Both the position numbers and the translations under genes were made by a program. Under the pieces are notes generated by a model. It searched no databases. It worked only from the letters and a program-made list of their open reading frames with translations, and was not told the DNA's origin. A stretch of DNA of 17,060 nt from Allobaculum fili (lineage in GTDB: Bacteria > Bacillota_I > Bacilli_A > Erysipelotrichales > Erysipelotrichaceae). The DNA lies in NCBI RefSeq assembly GCF_020969955.1, contig NZ_JAHDSX010000048.1, positions 1 through 17,060 on the forward strand, read 5' to 3'. This document shows positions 16,081 to 17,060 of this stretch, piece after piece. Each line of letters begins with the position of its first letter. The stretch's first letter is position 1.

Positions 16081-16125
16081 AGATAGAAGCCTTGGTAGTT
16101 TATTGATAATTTGGAGAAAACAAAT

Positions 16126-16557
16126 ATGTATATGATTCAATATACGCATCAGTCTCTTCCAGATGAAGAGTATTGTTTGCTTTTAGGCATCTCGATTAGC
16201 GTGTTTAATTCGAATAATGGATTTATGATAGAAAACATCCTCCGACTTGACCCAACAAAAGACTGGCATTCTTTGATAGATAAGGAATCAGGAAAAATTA
16301 AACAAGAGATGAGTTGCTTTTTAAATTCAGAAGTCGAAGAGGAAATTACCAATCTTTTTAGTGATATCGTAGAAAAACGAAATAGGATAATTCATTCTTT
16401 TCGCATCACTAACCAATATGGAGAGCAGTCCCTAGCCACAAAAAGCAAGAATAGAGATGGTGGAGTGCAATTCGAAATCACAAAGAAGTATTTACAAGAT
16501 TTTATTAAGGAGAATGATGTTCTTTCCTCTAAACTTCATGAACTACGAGGATTTTAA
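16126..16557 (+). CDS. Small lower-G+C protein with an RNxxxH (HEPN-like) motif; candidate toxin or abortive-infection gene
   Basis: The only + strand gene in the phage-like block. GGAG lies 9 nt upstream of ATG 16126 (the track starts at TTG 16111). The motif EKRNRIIHS has Arg at 16378..16380 and His at 16393..16395. Hand counts of 60-nt lines give 30-42% G+C here versus about 48% in one line of the adjacent operon. The HEPN assignment rests on this motif alone. Confidence 0.5.
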   Translation: MYMIQYTHQSLPDEEYCLLLGISISVFNSNNGFMIENILRLDPTKDWHSLIDKESGKIKQEMSCFLNSEVEEEITNLFSDIVEKRNRIIHSFRITNQYGEQSLATKSKNRDGGVQFEITKKYLQDFIKENDVLSSKLHELRGF

Positions 16558-16558
16558 T

Positions 16559-16840
16559 TTAGTTCAGGATTTCATTCACTTTGTTCTGAACCGCTACTGC
16601 ATCATAACCTGCATTTTTGAGTCGATTTGCTTTGTCGTGGCCATTGCCCCATTTACCGGCAATGACCTCTCGGGCAACCGCATCCACGCTCTTCTTTACG
16701 GCTCCCAGCTTCTGGTTAACCAGTGCCTGGATAGTGTTGGGATCATACCCGGCTGCTCTTAGGCGGTTGACCCGATCCTGTCCGTTCCCCTACTTGCCAT
16801 TAATGACTTCTTGGGCGATTACGGCGTTGGACTTCTTCGG
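16559..16840 (-). pseudogene. Endolysin C-terminal remnant: two CW_7 (Cpl-7-type) cell-wall-binding repeats, no catalytic domain, in-frame stop
   Basis: The minus-strand translation reads KKSNAVIAQEVINGK*GNGQDRVNRLRAAGYDPNTIQALVNQKLG, then AVKKSVDAVAREVIAGKWGNGHDKANRLKNAGYDAVAVQNKVNEILN*. The TAG at 16790..16792 sits where the second repeat has TGG (Trp). No start codon or enzymatic domain lies upstream. Confidence 0.7.
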
Positions 16841-16933
16841 GGGTGAACAATAGTTATTTTCTATTTCAACTGAGATTATTATTTTAAATATAGAAACTAT
16901 ATTTTAAAAGATACAATTAAAGGTGATATCCGC

Positions 16934-17060
16934 CCCAATGTCATTAAGTTAAGGAGGGATAAAAATCGTATACCCTGTTCATGAGCGTTGTCATTTCTTA
17001 TATTTTGCGTCTCAGGCATGACGAAAAGGATGATTTTCTACCTGTTGAAAAAATCATCCT
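16934..17060. repeat. Right copy of the inverted repeat (partner of 2..128)
   Basis: Reverse complement of 2..128 with one mismatch at 16992. It contains AAGGAGGG (16951..16958) and an outward-facing ATG at 16981 (MSVVISYILRLRHDEKDDFLPVEKII...) that runs off the window. The mirror copy starts at 81 on the minus strand. Confidence 0.95.
17027..17060 (-). other. Mirror copy of the terminal 11-bp hairpin
   Basis: aggatgatttt (17027..17037) pairs with aaaatcatcct (17050..17060). It is the same structure as 2..35. Confidence 0.6.

Larger units (their letters stand above)
8021..16850 (-). mobile_element. Phage-like integrative element or prophage remnant (replication and recombinase modules, lysin remnant, no structural genes)
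   Basis: A co-directional, overlap-coupled set of phage-type replication genes plus two large serine recombinases, an accessory-type gene (moron) and a decayed endolysin C-terminus. No terminase, capsid or tail genes are present. I could not identify att sites, so the boundaries are approximate. Confidence 0.5.

Noticed and set aside
16457-16853. Plus-strand ORFs 16457..16762 and 16617..16853
   Set aside because: They are shadow frames opposite the CW_7 lysin remnant. Their translations are low-complexity, and the minus-strand repeat homology explains the open frames.
16981-17060. Calling the outward ORF in the repeat (MSVVISYILRLRHDEKDDFLPVEKII; mirror copy 81..1 on the minus strand) a confident CDS or transposase start
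   Set aside because: Only 26-27 codons are visible. The nearest SD is 22 nt upstream of the ATG. A perfect 11-bp hairpin lies inside the ORF, and I do not recognise the peptide. It is kept only as a hypothesis. The single synonymous mismatch is weak support.
1-17060. CRISPR arrays, tRNA, rRNA or other structured RNA genes
   Set aside because: I noticed no regularly spaced direct repeats and no cloverleaf-like or rRNA-like segments. Almost all of the window is accounted for by protein-coding sequence. A covariance-model scan would be needed to exclude small RNAs formally.

Overview
Sequence with strong AGGAGG-type Shine-Dalgarno sites and tightly coupled operons, which looks Firmicutes/Clostridia-like. 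The whole window is bracketed by an inverted repeat of at least 127 bp (2..128 vs 16934..17060, one mismatch) that runs to both window edges. Between the repeats there are three blocks. (1) 129..7966, + strand: a translationally coupled four-gene restriction-modification-like operon. It encodes an SNF2-family helicase (5'-truncated exactly at the repeat boundary), a DUF4391-like protein, a Type III-like N6-adenine methyltransferase (Mod) and a Type III Res helicase-nuclease. (2) 8021..16046, - strand: a phage-like replication and integration module. It encodes a small conserved phage protein, a DUF2800-type PD-(D/E)XK nuclease, a DUF2815-type SSB-like protein, a family-A DNA polymerase, an HTH plus zinc-ribbon protein and two overlapping large serine recombinases. 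No virion genes are present. (3) 16047..16933: a lower-G+C opposite-strand gene for a small protein with an RNxxxH (HEPN-like) motif, a decayed endolysin C-terminus (two CW_7 repeats, TGG->TAG) and an AT-rich spacer. The most unusual feature is in the polymerase. It carries a 309-codon intein in motif B, and the intein's homing-endonuclease-like gene sits in the +1 frame with its own near-perfect SD. The polymerase frame stays open across that gene, giving roughly 0.6 kb of apparent dual coding. I saw no rRNA, tRNA or CRISPR array. All family assignments come from motif recognition by eye, with no database search.
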